Of a DNA stretch of 64,000 nt, positions 1-9,798 are shown piece after piece. The notes beneath the pieces were generated by a model. That model saw nothing but the letters and a program-made list of their open reading frames with translations. It ran no database searches and was not told where the DNA came from. The stretch comes from Macrostomum lignano (Eukaryota). Location of the stretch: NCBI GenBank assembly GCA_002269645.1, contig NIVC01000051.1, positions 1 through 64,000 on the forward strand, read 5' to 3'. How positions within the stretch are numbered: position 1 is the stretch's first letter; each line of letters starts with the position of its first letter. The position numbers were made by a program, and so were the translations under genes.

Positions 1-1326
1 GTCAGTAGAAAAGCAAAATAGCGGCCCTGAATCTCACCAGTTAGAAATGGATCCCTTTGAGGTTGCTTGGGTGCAGAGTTCTGCACAGGTGCGGAGCGCG
101 GTCTTAGCAGGGGACTTTAGTGCTGGCGGCGCGCTGCTGGATGGTGCTGCCCCCAATGGCGCGTCCAGCCATCGCGTTTCCCAAGCTGCCGTTGTGCTGG
201 GATGCGGTGCTGGCCAACCATCGTGTGGGCACTCGACGGCGCGGTGCTCACGGTTGCACCTGTAACACATTGCACTCTGCCGCCGCAACTGATAAGGCGG
301 CTGGCGCGAACTCGACTGTTGCTGCGGCTGCTGCTGCAGCTGCCAACGTTGACCTCCTGCTGGCGGCGTTCTCGGCGGCGGGTTGCTACTGCGCGGGGTT
401 GCTGAAGTTGATGGAACTGCTGATGCTGCACATGGTGTGTGCCGGGTGTCGTAAATTGTGCGCTTCCGTTGGCGCTGCGGCGAGGAGTTGTAGGTACCAA
501 ACATCTGGAGCGTTGGCCCCACAAGTCCGCGGCTGATGGCAAGCTGGTTTCTATGGCTCCGGGGTGTCGTTGTCGCGCGATCCCCACAAGTAGAACTCTC
601 GCATTTCATTGCTTTCGTTGCTGCTCCTGCAGAGTCTCAGTTTGTTGTTCCATCACTTCACGCAACCAGTTTTCCTCGGGTCGAGATGACTTGGCGTCGT
701 GTTGCGCCACAGTGGGTGTCTGACTGTTGTCATTCTCGAGAACTCGTACATGTCTCGCTGCTGGCAGCGGTGCTACTCGCTGAGCCAAGCTAGCTGCTGT
801 CTCTAGGCATAGCACAGCCCTTCTCGCAGCAGTCGGATTCTGCAGTCTCACCAGGAATAGCTGTTCTCGAGCCGACTGGGCAATTCGCACTCCTACGTGA
901 ACTGGTCCACCAGCTCAGCTTGCTTTTGCACCAGAGTAAAGTGCAGGAACGCTTTGTCGGCCAGAGCAATTAATCAATCGCCATAGTCATCTACGCTCTC
1001 ATTCTTGCCTTGTTGGCAGCTTCGGAATTGCTCGGGATACTCCAGCGTGTCGGCCACGTGCGTGAACGCTCAGACAACCGCTGTTTGAACTCACTCACAC
1101 AAACGTTAGGTTGTCTGGCAGCTCCATCCTGACAACTGCGGGATAGGTTGTGGCAATGTCCAAATTCACAAGGACCTCCGCCTTCTTACGTCTGTTGTCT
1201 GTGATCCCGTTGAGCTCGCATCGCTCCTCCAGGGCCTGGATCCGACATCAAATTCCTGGTTCTGAGTGTACCGTTGAATCTTGACCAGTTTTGGCGCTGG
1301 AGCTCGATCCTGCTGCTGGGGCTGCT
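1..1326 (-). pseudogene. Ty3/Gypsy LTR retrotransposon gag (C-terminal part) and start of protease, degenerate
   Basis: Minus-strand frames give KLVKIQRYTQNQEFDV/(W)IQALEERCELNGITD, QQGKNESVDDY..LIALADKAF, EQLFLVRLQNP and a zinc knuckle CYRCNREHRAVEC (229-267). At the window edge FLTGEIQGRYFAFLL resembles an aspartic protease N-terminus. Stops and frameshifts are present. Joins in frame to the gag N-terminus at 5867-6055 once the LINE is removed. Confidence 0.75.
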
Positions 1327-1618
1327 TTCTTTTCTTCACTCCGACCTCCGACCGCCGCAGGCGGGGGCGGGCGCCGGGTGGCCGCCAGGGTCGTCGATGG
1401 GCGGCTCGGTCCGACCCACCCTCTTGAGGTAGTCACAGATAAGGGCGCCGCCACCCTCGAGAATGTCGTTCCAGGAAATGACCACCCCGCCCCAGGTGCG
1501 GATGCGGGCCTGGTGGTGGCAGGGGCAGTAGAGCATAAGATGATTGACCGAGTCTGGTTCTCCGCAGTCGGCGCATCGGTCGTTCTGAGCGAGGCCGAAC
1601 CGACACAGGTGTCGCGAG

Positions 1619-2440
1619 TCAGGGGGATTTCTTAGTGCGGATTTGGCTGACCGTCACCTGGCCCCACCTGGGAAGGTCATCGTGGCCTGGCGTCAGAGTC
1701 AGGTGCGGATGCGTGCGGTCCCGCGCAGTTCTCCAATTGGACAGTACGTGGCGGACGGCATTTTTGGCGGAGGCCTGGGAAAGTTGCGCGGTGTTCGGTT
1801 CCAATTCTGCAGCTTCGCGGGCGAGGGCGTCCGCTGCCTTGTTACCAGCAATGTCCGCGTGGCCAGGAACCCATTGGAAGTGGAGCCTGGTCTGAGCTGG
1901 GAGGTCGGTGATGAGTCGCCAGATCGTGAGGACGAGCGAATTAGTAGAACGGTACGGGCCTTGGTTGATGGCCTGAAGGCCTGATCGTGAGTCGGTACAG
2001 ATGTGAACCGAGAGCCGCGGGTTGCCGATGGTGTCGAGGGTTTGACGTAGGGCTCTTATCGCTGCCTCGATGGCGACCAATTCAGTGTGGGTGCTACTGC
2101 ACCACTTTCCGGCTTGCTGGCGGATGGACATGCGGAGTGCCTCGATGGATTCGGCAGTGAGGAGAGCACCTCCGCCGGCAGCAGCGCCGTCCGGGCTAAC
2201 GGAGCCGTCCGTCCAGATGGTGCAGTCGGCGCTCGGTAACAGGGCCAAGGTGGCTTCTGCCGCAGCACGGCGGGCCTCCAGTGGGTCGGATCTTTTGGTC
2301 GGCCGGGCGAGATCGTAGCGATGGTGATCGCCTGGTCGGCTAAGTGCCACGGCGGGAGAGCCGGGTAGTGCTGGCGGTCTATGTCTCCGATGTGGATACC
2401 GGCAAGGCTCAGGAGCCACAGGCCTACTCGTCTGAAGCAT
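1619..2440 (-). pseudogene. RNase H domain fragment of the LINE ORF
   Basis: CTIWTDGSV, ELVAIEAA, ICTDSRS, FQWVPGHADIAGNKAADALAR. Confidence 0.9.
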
Positions 2441-2583
2441 GGCCGGTGACTCAAGACGATGTCTTCATCGTGGAGGTCCGTGTCGACGGGCCGGTCCACT
2501 GGGCCTTCACGCTCCAAGCTTCGTGGGCTCTGTAGCGGAGGCAAGGGGCGACTTAGGCTACCATAAGGGTACGGGCCGGGTCG

Positions 2584-3645
2584 TCATCCGGTAGGCCGAG
2601 CAGGCGAATGAATTCGTTTGCGGCTAAGGTTTTGGCTTGGATGCTGAGGGCTGGTAGTCCGGCCTCGCGAGTAGGCAGCGTCGTCTCGTGATGCCCAGAC
2701 AGCCGTAATAATTCTGGCGCATTTGTTTTGCTCGGCCTCGAGTTTGAGGCGCGCCGTTGGTGCCGCATGATTGAAGTATAGTGCCGCTCCGTAGTCAAAA
2801 ACCGACCGTACGTAGGCCATGTAGGCCGCACGTAGGGTGCGATGGTGGGCGCCATAGCTCTTGCCAGCGAGCACTTGGATGCATCGACGTCGGTCGGCCA
2901 TTTTCTGTCGGACCATCTCAGTGTGTGGCGAGAAGGTGAGTTGGTCATCCAGCTTGAGTCCTAGGAATGTCGGCGTGGGGTCATAGGTGAGGTCGTGGTT
3001 TTCAAGTCGCAGAGCGGGTCGGACTTTGCCGCCGCACTCGGTAGGATCGAGGGTAAAGGTTGAGTAGGCACACTTGGAGTGGCTGAGGCTCACTTTCCAT
3101 TTACGGGTCCAGGCAGCCGCTTGGTCAAGGGCGGGTTGCAGTTTGTCAGCGCAGGCAGCGAGGGAGCGTCCTGTGGCAAGTAGCGCGGTATCGTCTGCGA
3201 AAAGTGAGCGGTGTACGTTCTCGGCCATCTCGGCATCAATGTCGTAGGCATATATAAGCCAAAGGAGGGGGGCGATCACGGATCCTTGCGGGAGGCCGTC
3301 CGTGAAAACTCTCCAGTTCGAGGTCGCACTGCCCCATCTAACACGTGCACGACGGTCTGCAAGGAAGTTTCTCAGGTACCGAATCAGGTGCTTGGGAATA
3401 CCTAGCCGGGCCATCTTGGCGTACAGGGCTGGTCGCCACACTTTATCGTATGCCTTAGCGAAGTCCAGGAGGACGAGGATAGCTCTCTCCGGTTTTCTCT
3501 GTTCGAAGGCGTCAAAGATGGCTTGGGTAATGCGGGCGAGCTGGTCCATGGTCGAGTGGCCTCGTCGGAAACCCGCTTGGTTCTGGTTGAGGAGGCCTCT
3601 GGTGTCCAGCCAGTGATAGAGTCTGTTTTGTAAGAGGCGCTCCAT
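2584..3645 (-). pseudogene. Reverse transcriptase fragment of the LINE ORF
   Basis: QAGFRRGHST, LLDFAKAYDKV, GLPQGSVIAPLLW, LFADD, FLGLKLD. Confidence 0.92.
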
Positions 3646-4401
3646 GAGTTTGCTGACGCAGCTAAGGAGAGATATAGGTCGGTAGGAGCTAGTGGCGCTC
3701 GGGTCTTTGTCTTTTTTCAGGATGGCGATGATTTCGGCCCGGCGCCAGGCAGTTGGGACTGAGCCAGTGAGCCAGCTACGGTTTAGTAGTTCCAGGAGGG
3801 CGTTCCGGCCTGCGTCGCCGAGTTGTTTGAGGAGTTCGTTGCAGACGCCGTCGGTTCCTGGTGATTTGCCAGTCTTGAGTTGATGGATCGCGACGTTGAG
3901 TTCGCCGATATTGAAAGGGCTGCAGATCTCCGTCCTCAGTCCATTGCAGGGGCAGTCGTTGGTGTTGCTCGCCTTGTGTGCCTCGATGACGACGGGTCTG
4001 TCTTCTGGTCTAGACTTTGGGAGCCGGGAGACCGTCGCGTAGTCGGCGCAGAATAGTTCGGCTTTCTCTTTATCCGTGATGGCTTTGGCGGGTGGATTCC
4101 CGGGATCATGGTTCTTGGTAAAGATAGTCGAGGGGGTGGCGGTCGGTCGTCGGCCGTCTTGGATCTTGATGAGGCGCCATAGACTGTCATTTGGCGACAG
4201 GTTCGAGACCGCTTCTCGGAAGTGTAGGGTTTTCTCCTCCTGGATGACTCACTCGGCAGTGGCCTTAGCGTCCTGGTACGCTTGGAGGGCCTGGGTATCC
4301 AGGGGGGCGGTCTGAACAGCCAGGCGTGCCGCTTCGCGGAGGTCGACAGCAGCTTGGCATTTCTCGTTCCAAAAAGGCGATCTCTGTCTGGGGCCGTCTC
4401 C

Positions 4402-5726
4402 TTAGGGGATAGATGACCTAGCAGCCTTCAAAATAGAGTCGGTGAGGGCTCGGTTGACGCTTTCGATGTGTGTGGGCGCTTGGATGTCGATTTGCTTGAG
4501 AAGTTCATCAGATTTTTTGTGGAACGCTGACCAGTCGGCTTTTTTGAAATTGAAACGGCCCCTGCGGGATCGTTGGTGCGGGGGCGATTTCGTGGAGATC
4601 TTGATCCAGATAGGGAGGTGATCTGATCCGACATCGGCCCCTGTCTGCCAGGTGGTCCTGCCGGCCAGGTCGGCCGTGGCAAAGGTGACGTCCGGGGTTG
4701 ATCGGCCTCCGGTGGCTGGGTTAATGCGAGTGCAGCTGCCGTCGTTGAGCAGAGCCAAGTTCAGGCGGCAGCTCCAGTCGTCTAGTTTTTGGCCTAGTGT
4801 GTCTTCGCGCTGGTGGCGGTCCCAGGCGGTCGCGTGGGCATTGAAGTCGCCTGCCACGATCGAGTTGGGGCCTACCGCAAGGGCCTCTGGGTTCATGTTT
4901 TGCTCGGGGGTGTTGTCCCTGAGGGCTCTAGTGGCCGGCGGCGAGTAGACGTTGATCAGCACGATGGGCTTGCTCGAAGTAGACGGGTAGATCGAGGTGG
5001 AGCTGCAGAAAGTGAGTTGGTCGGCAGGAGATTGGTACGGATTGTTGTGGGGTTCGAAAGGGACATCGTCACGAACGAGCGTGAGGATGCCCCTTGGTTC
5101 GGCTGTCCGCGGCGTTGGTCCGGGTTCTCGTAGTCGAGGCGGGCTGTGGCATTGTAGCCTGAGAACTTTGGTGGGCGGGAGCTCGGTCGCAGGAAAGTTT
5201 CTTGAAGAAGGACCGCGTGGGGTTTGAGTTGGTCTAGGGTGGCGGCGAGCTCGGTCGTTCTCGCTCCGAGGCCATTGCAGTTAAGTTGGAGGATAACAAT
5301 GTCGGTGGGCTTTTGGGTCAAGTCCGGTTCGGTTCTGTCGGTCTGACTGGTCGTGGTTTTGTCATTGTTGGCGTTAGGGCTCTGGGCGGCAGTTTGGCGT
5401 TGGCGGTGATCGCAGTGTTGGGGCGTCTCGGCCGTGCCTGGTGGGCTGGAGCTGTTCGGTGTGCGGTTACAGGCTTCACAGACCCAGTTACTACCTTGTC
5501 TGGTGAGTCTCCTAATTTCAGTGTTGCTGATGTTAATACAGGCTCCGTGGGACCACGTGCGGCAGCAGGTGCACTCGAGGGCACTGACTCTGCCGACGTT
5601 TCGTCCGCATGATCCACACAGCCAGGTGGGTCCCAGATTGGGCTCGACGTCTCCGGCTCGGAGGACCAGGGACGCGAGGGCCAGGCAGGTGAGGGCCGGG
5701 ACCAGGATGGTGAGCGACGTTCTCAT
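4402..5726 (-). pseudogene. N-terminus of the LINE ORF: hydrophobic leader, 2A-like motif, PHD finger, APE endonuclease
   Basis: ATG at 5726; GDVEPNLGP at 5628-5654; PHD Cys/His pattern; APE motifs. Frameshift at the C-run 5090-5093, which is intact in the duplicate copy. Confidence 0.85.
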
Positions 5727-5799
5727 GGGCGGAGGCTTCCCCTGAAGCGGCCGGTAGTGCAGGCCGCAGGTGGCAGTCTCCAAAAGAGGTGAGTGTGAC

Positions 5800-5867
5800 T
5801 AGGACAATTGGCACAGAGGGAGGCCTCTGTGGCGCCACCCCCACGGGAAGGGTGTCCTATTGACGAC
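5800..5867 (-). ncRNA. HDV/CPEB3-like self-cleaving ribozyme (predicted) at the LINE 5' end
   Basis: RNA reads GUCGUC AA UAGGACA CCC UUCCCGU GGG GGUGGC G C CACAGAGG CCUC CCUCUGUG C CAAU UGUCCUA, i.e. P1a, J1/2, P2a, P3a, L3, P3b, P1b, P1.1, P4, J4/2, P2b in HDV order. Putative catalytic C at 5811. Folded by eye only; P1 is weak (6 bp, three G-U). Confidence 0.7.
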
Positions 5868-6055
5868 TGCTGGGGCTGCTGGTACACGTGGTGATGGTGT
5901 TGTGGCTGGCCCAGGCTGTTCTGCTCCAAGCACCGGCGCACCTCGTCGGTCACCGCGCGAATCATCTCGTTGTAGGTCGGTCTGGTTGCTGAATTGTCTG
6001 AGCCCGCGACGTCGGCTGTCGCGTCCGCGGCCGTTGAATTAGTTGCTGAAGCCAT
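5867..6055 (-). pseudogene. Gypsy gag N-terminus
   Basis: ATG at 6055, MASATNSTAAD..HHHHVYQQPQQ. Continues in frame as QDRAPAPKLVKIQRY at 1312 after removing the LINE and one TSD copy. Lies ~50 nt downstream of the PBS. Confidence 0.75.
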
Positions 6056-6104
6056 AGCATTGTAGTTTCTAAATGACTCGTCAAATGGATTGTGGTGTTT
6101 CAAT

Positions 6105-6124
6105 ATCCCACTTAGCTGACACCA
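6105..6124 (-). promoter_or_regulatory. Primer-binding site, tRNA-Leu type
   Basis: Minus strand CA-T-TGGTGTCAG(CT)AAGTGGGAT matches the common Gypsy tRNA-Leu PBS TGGTGTCAGAAGTGGGAT with a 2-nt insertion. Confidence 0.65.
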
Positions 6125-6125
6125 A

Positions 6126-7302
6126 TGAGGTGGGGCGGGGAAAGTTTTTAGGGAGATTTGGTAGTTGGTGGATTGTCCGGTGGTCGCTTGATTTAATGTC
6201 GAGTATGAGCAGCTCAGGCCTTCGAATCGGCGCCATTGTTAATTTGCACAGATTAAATCCGGAAAATCCGTGTGGACGAATCCCAGTTAAAATGTCTCGT
6301 AGATACTCCGACTGCCGGGGTCCTCAATCCCGGGGGAGGGTAGTTTTAGTCGTAGGTGAACAGTCTTCGTTGGCGCAAGCATTCAGAGTGGGTCCTCAGA
6401 TACCAAATTTATCGTATCTCGAATGTTTGACTTAACTTGTTACTAACAGTGGAGTAGAGCTGCCACCACCATAATTCGCGTATTATGGAACGTTAGGGTC
6501 TCAGAGCTTGCTTCGAGATGAGACTGGGTTGTTTTACGCCCCACGGGCAAATGACTCAAAATAAGCTAGGCTTTGGGTTATTAATGAGAAAATTAATGTT
6601 AGATCAACTGTTTTATTAAGAGTTCAGCGACAGGATACTAAGTTAATAAGTTCAACGGAGAAAATAGCTTGGCGTGTGTGCGAAATCAACTAAGAGTAGC
6701 AAATAGTAGAGGGGACCAAACTCTACTCCAGCGGATGATTGGCTAGTACCGCAGTGCACGACTGGATAAAATAAACGACTTAACGCTAGTTGTAAATAAG
6801 TTTGGCGGATTAAAATATTAGTTGTTAAATTGAATGGGGAGAGAGAGAGCGAGGGCGGGCAAAAGAAGGGGGCAAGGAGAAAGAAAACAAAAAAAACCTT
6901 AAAGAATTAAAGAAAAAATTGGGCAGCTCCAGGGGCACCATTATATAGAGATTGAAAATGCAAAAGATGGACAAATGAGGTCAAACATTGGTGGCAAAAG
7001 GTGGTCACGGGGTCCAAGCAATGAACAGACAAAATTAACACGGAAAGATAGGGCGATAAACAAAGTTTCCAAAGGAGGGACGCGAAAGACCAGAAAAAGG
7101 AGCGGGAAAACCATTGCAAGAATGGGGAAAACTGACGGAATAAACCAACAACTGGGGCACAGGGTGGACACAGAGGACCAAAAACTGGGGACAGCGGGAA
7201 TGGGTCAAAAGGTGGTTTAATAAGTCACGTAAAATAATATTAAATTTAGAAACTAAAATAATAAAGTTCATTGGATTGTTAGTGGCAGCCCCAACTGCCA
7301 CA
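6126..7302 (-). mobile_element. Putative 5' LTR of the Gypsy element (~1.18 kb)
   Basis: Ends in CA next to the PBS. Candidate start TGTGGCAG at 7302. Minus-strand TATATAA (6941-6947) lies upstream of AATAAA (6612-6617). The partner LTR is outside the window, so the outer boundary is unverified. Confidence 0.5.
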
Positions 7303-7395
7303 ATATGATTATAAAATAGGCTTATAAGAATAACTATATTATCTGTAAAATTATCAAGACTATGGCTATGCCTATATTAGAACATTGCTTTGCCA

Positions 7396-7972
7396 CCAGG
7401 TTGCGGATAGTATGCATGTACACTGGAACTTTTCAGCATACAAAACCGCCACCCTAAGTCCTTGGCGTACACAATTGGCATATACAACCCCTGGCAAACT
7501 TTGTTGGTGTACACTATTGGCATACACAAGTAACACAGCCACGTATACTTTTTGGTGTACAAATTTTGGTGAATAAATTCATGCCATGCATGAAAATTAT
7601 AATGTAAATTAACGTTTTTACATAAACTAACAAAAAATTTGTATTGTCAGTGATAAAATTTTTGCTTCTTTGAAATTAACAATGAATAAATTTAGTGTAA
7701 ACTTTTGCTAAGAGTATCAATTTTGCATTATATTTTTTGTAGGTATAATTTAAGTTTGTTTAAATTGAAAATATTCATAATATTTTAAAAACACTTTTAA
7801 TACAAAAGCCTTTCTAAAAAAACTCTACTTGTGAAAAACCATATTACCTTTGTTAGGAATTTTTGGTGTATATTTTATTAGTGCAACATTTTGTTTTTGG
7901 CATACATTGGCGTACAAAGTCCTTGACGCCCGAATTTGTCCAGCGTACACGGATACATGATCTGCACACTGG
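7396..7972. mobile_element. 577-bp non-autonomous DNA transposon (hAT-like MITE)
   Basis: 8-bp TSD CTTTGCCA (7388-7395, 7973-7980). Imperfect TIRs CCAGGTTGCGGAT and CCAGTGTGCAGAT. Repeated subterminal TGGYRTACA-like motifs. Confidence 0.6.
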
Positions 7973-8060
7973 CTTTGCCATAATACTTTGCTTTAATTTT
8001 TATAATGTATTTAAGGCCTTTTCTCAGAAACTCAAACTTGTTTGCCCTATCACGTCTGAG

Positions 8061-9139
8061 ATGCAATCTCTAAATGAAGAGCAGCGGCATAGACTAGTTA
8101 TAAAATATAAAATTAAGCACCTTGGGCTAAGCAACAATGCAATTGCAAAATATTTTGCTGAGCTCAATGTCCCAAGATCAACCATTTATATAATTCTAGA
8201 TTGCTACTCAGTAACTGGAGAAGATACTGTGTTATGAAAAAAGGGGTCAAGACAACCAGCTACCAAGGTCACTGCCACTTTGATAGAAAAGATGTCGAAT
8301 GATGTTAGGATGGGTCTGTCCTAGCGCAAAATTGCATGCAAATATGACATCAGCCAGCTGTAAGTCAATGAGATTCTCAAGAAGCAGGGACTGAGTGCAT
8401 TGTGTCATTGTGTGAAAAAAAAGAAAAAAAGGTGTCATTGTGTTGTTGGAACAGAAAGAGTGCCAGCATGTAAGGATTGACAGGCTCTATTGTGCTGTGC
8501 TAGTATGAGATGACAGCAGACTGGACATTGTCATGGACAATGAATCGTACTTCTTTTTGTCATCCAATGTCATCCCTAGTAACAGGTTCTATTATGCAAC
8601 AGCTCAAGGTGATGCACCATTGCACCTGATAAGGTCAGGTGTTCACCTAGCAAGAAATTTGAGGCCAAGTCTTGGTCTGGCTGGCCATCAGCAAGAAGGG
8701 CATATCCAAGGTCTTCTTCTGCCATGGTAGCTCAATGAACAAAGAGATCTATATAAGAGAGTGCATTCACAAGCGTCTATTGCCATTTATTAAAGAGCAG
8801 CATGCTGATAGCAACTACCTGTTCTGGCCTGACCTGGCAAGCTATCACTATGCTTGTGATGTCATTGACACATTTCAAAAGGAAGGTGTCAATTTTGTCA
8901 GCAAGGAGTTCAATCCTCTCAATGTACCATAGCTGTGACCACTTGAGAACTTCTGGGAGATGTTGAAGCAAAAGGTTTGCCATCACAATTGGATGGCAGA
9001 CAGTCTGGAATAGCTGGAAAATTGCATTCGCTACTGCCTCCGCCAGGTGGATCTGCACTGTGTACAGGAGATAATGACCAATGTCAAGTCCCAGATTCGC
9101 CAAGCTCAGGCTAATGGTGTTGAAGCTGTTTGGCAATGA
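8061..9139 (+). pseudogene. Tc1/mariner DD37E-type (ITmD37E-like) transposase pseudogene, copy 1
   Basis: HTH-like N-terminus (IAKYFAELNVPRSTIY), VMD(N)ESYF, VWLAIS, FWPDLASYHY, NPLNVP*L*PLENFW; 37 residues between the second D and the E. Multiple stops. Right TIR ends CAATCACCCTG|TA at 9227; left TIR not found. Confidence 0.85.
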
Positions 9140-9363
9140 GCCAGACAATCCCTTATATATTTAACTAAATCCAAGTTAAAAAAACAAATTAAAATTAAAA
9201 ATGTCCAGATTTTTACCAATCACCCTGTAAAAATATCACTATTTAAATTATGATCTTAAGCTAGACCCTAGGCAAGGCCTAATATTAACTATTATATCGA
9301 TTATTAAAGAATCGAGTCTGAAAAGAATATTCAGATATCTAGAAAAGAAAGCCATATTAATAT

Positions 9364-9722
9364 CTATAGCATATTCATATCTATAGCCATATATCTATAT
9401 CCAGATTCATATATATAGCCATATTCATATCTATAGCCATATATTCATATCTATAGCCATATTCATATCTATAGCCATATTCATATATATAGCCATATTC
9501 ATATATATAGCCATATTCATATCTATATCCAGATTCATATATATAGCCATATTCATATCTATAGCCATATTCATATCTATAGCCATATTCATATCTATAG
9601 CCATATTCATATCTATAGCCATATTCATATCTATAGCCATATTCATATATATAGCCATATTCATATCTATAGCCATATTCATAACCATAGCCAAATTCAT
9701 AACCATAGCCATATTCATAGCC
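9364..9722. repeat. 18-bp minisatellite (ATAGCCATATTCATATCT)n, ~20 units
   Basis: Direct reading; source of the spurious MAIDMN ORF. Confidence 0.95.
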
Positions 9723-9798
9723 AATCCCTAGTTAAGCCTGACCACACTACTTCAAGTAGACTAATTAGCAACATTCGCCCATAGTTTTCAGTCAATGA

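Larger units (their letters stand above)
1327..5866 (-). mobile_element. Full-length Ingi/I-group non-LTR retrotransposon (2A-like, PHD, APE, RT, RNase H, CCHC), with disabling lesions
   Basis: Flanked by direct repeat CTGCTGGGGCTGCT (1313-1326 and 5867-5880). The 3' tail TGAAGAAAAGAA follows the ORF stop at 1336. Motifs: GDVEPNLGP; PHD (CGSC..CTCC..WSHGAC..WVCEAC); APE (LQLNCNG, LQET, GDFNAH, TPDVTF, SDHLP); RT (GLPQGSVIAPLLW, FADD); RNase H (WTDGS, TDS, WVPGH..GNKAADALA); CADC..H....C. In-frame TAA at 4402-4404 plus frameshifts. Confidence 0.9.

Noticed and set aside
20-60. Programmed gag-pro frameshift in the Gypsy element
   Set aside because: The protease-like frame is offset from gag, but the copy is riddled with indels and the catalytic motif is cut by the window edge. 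Recoding cannot be told from decay.
4402-5093. Idea that the Ingi-like LINE is intact and its frameshifts are only homopolymer sequencing errors
   Set aside because: Two indels are copy-specific (C-run 5090-5093 vs 13767-13771; G-run 4906-4910 vs 13584-13587) and may be errors. However, both copies share an in-frame TAA (4402-4404, 13080-13082) and further frameshifts exist, so this insertion is disabled.
6925-6947. TGGTGCCCC as a tRNA-Met PBS; also TGGTGGCAGC near 6460-6472 as a tRNA-Leu PBS
   Set aside because: Short matches not preceded by a terminal CA. The site at 6105-6124 is longer, follows CA and sits just before gag.
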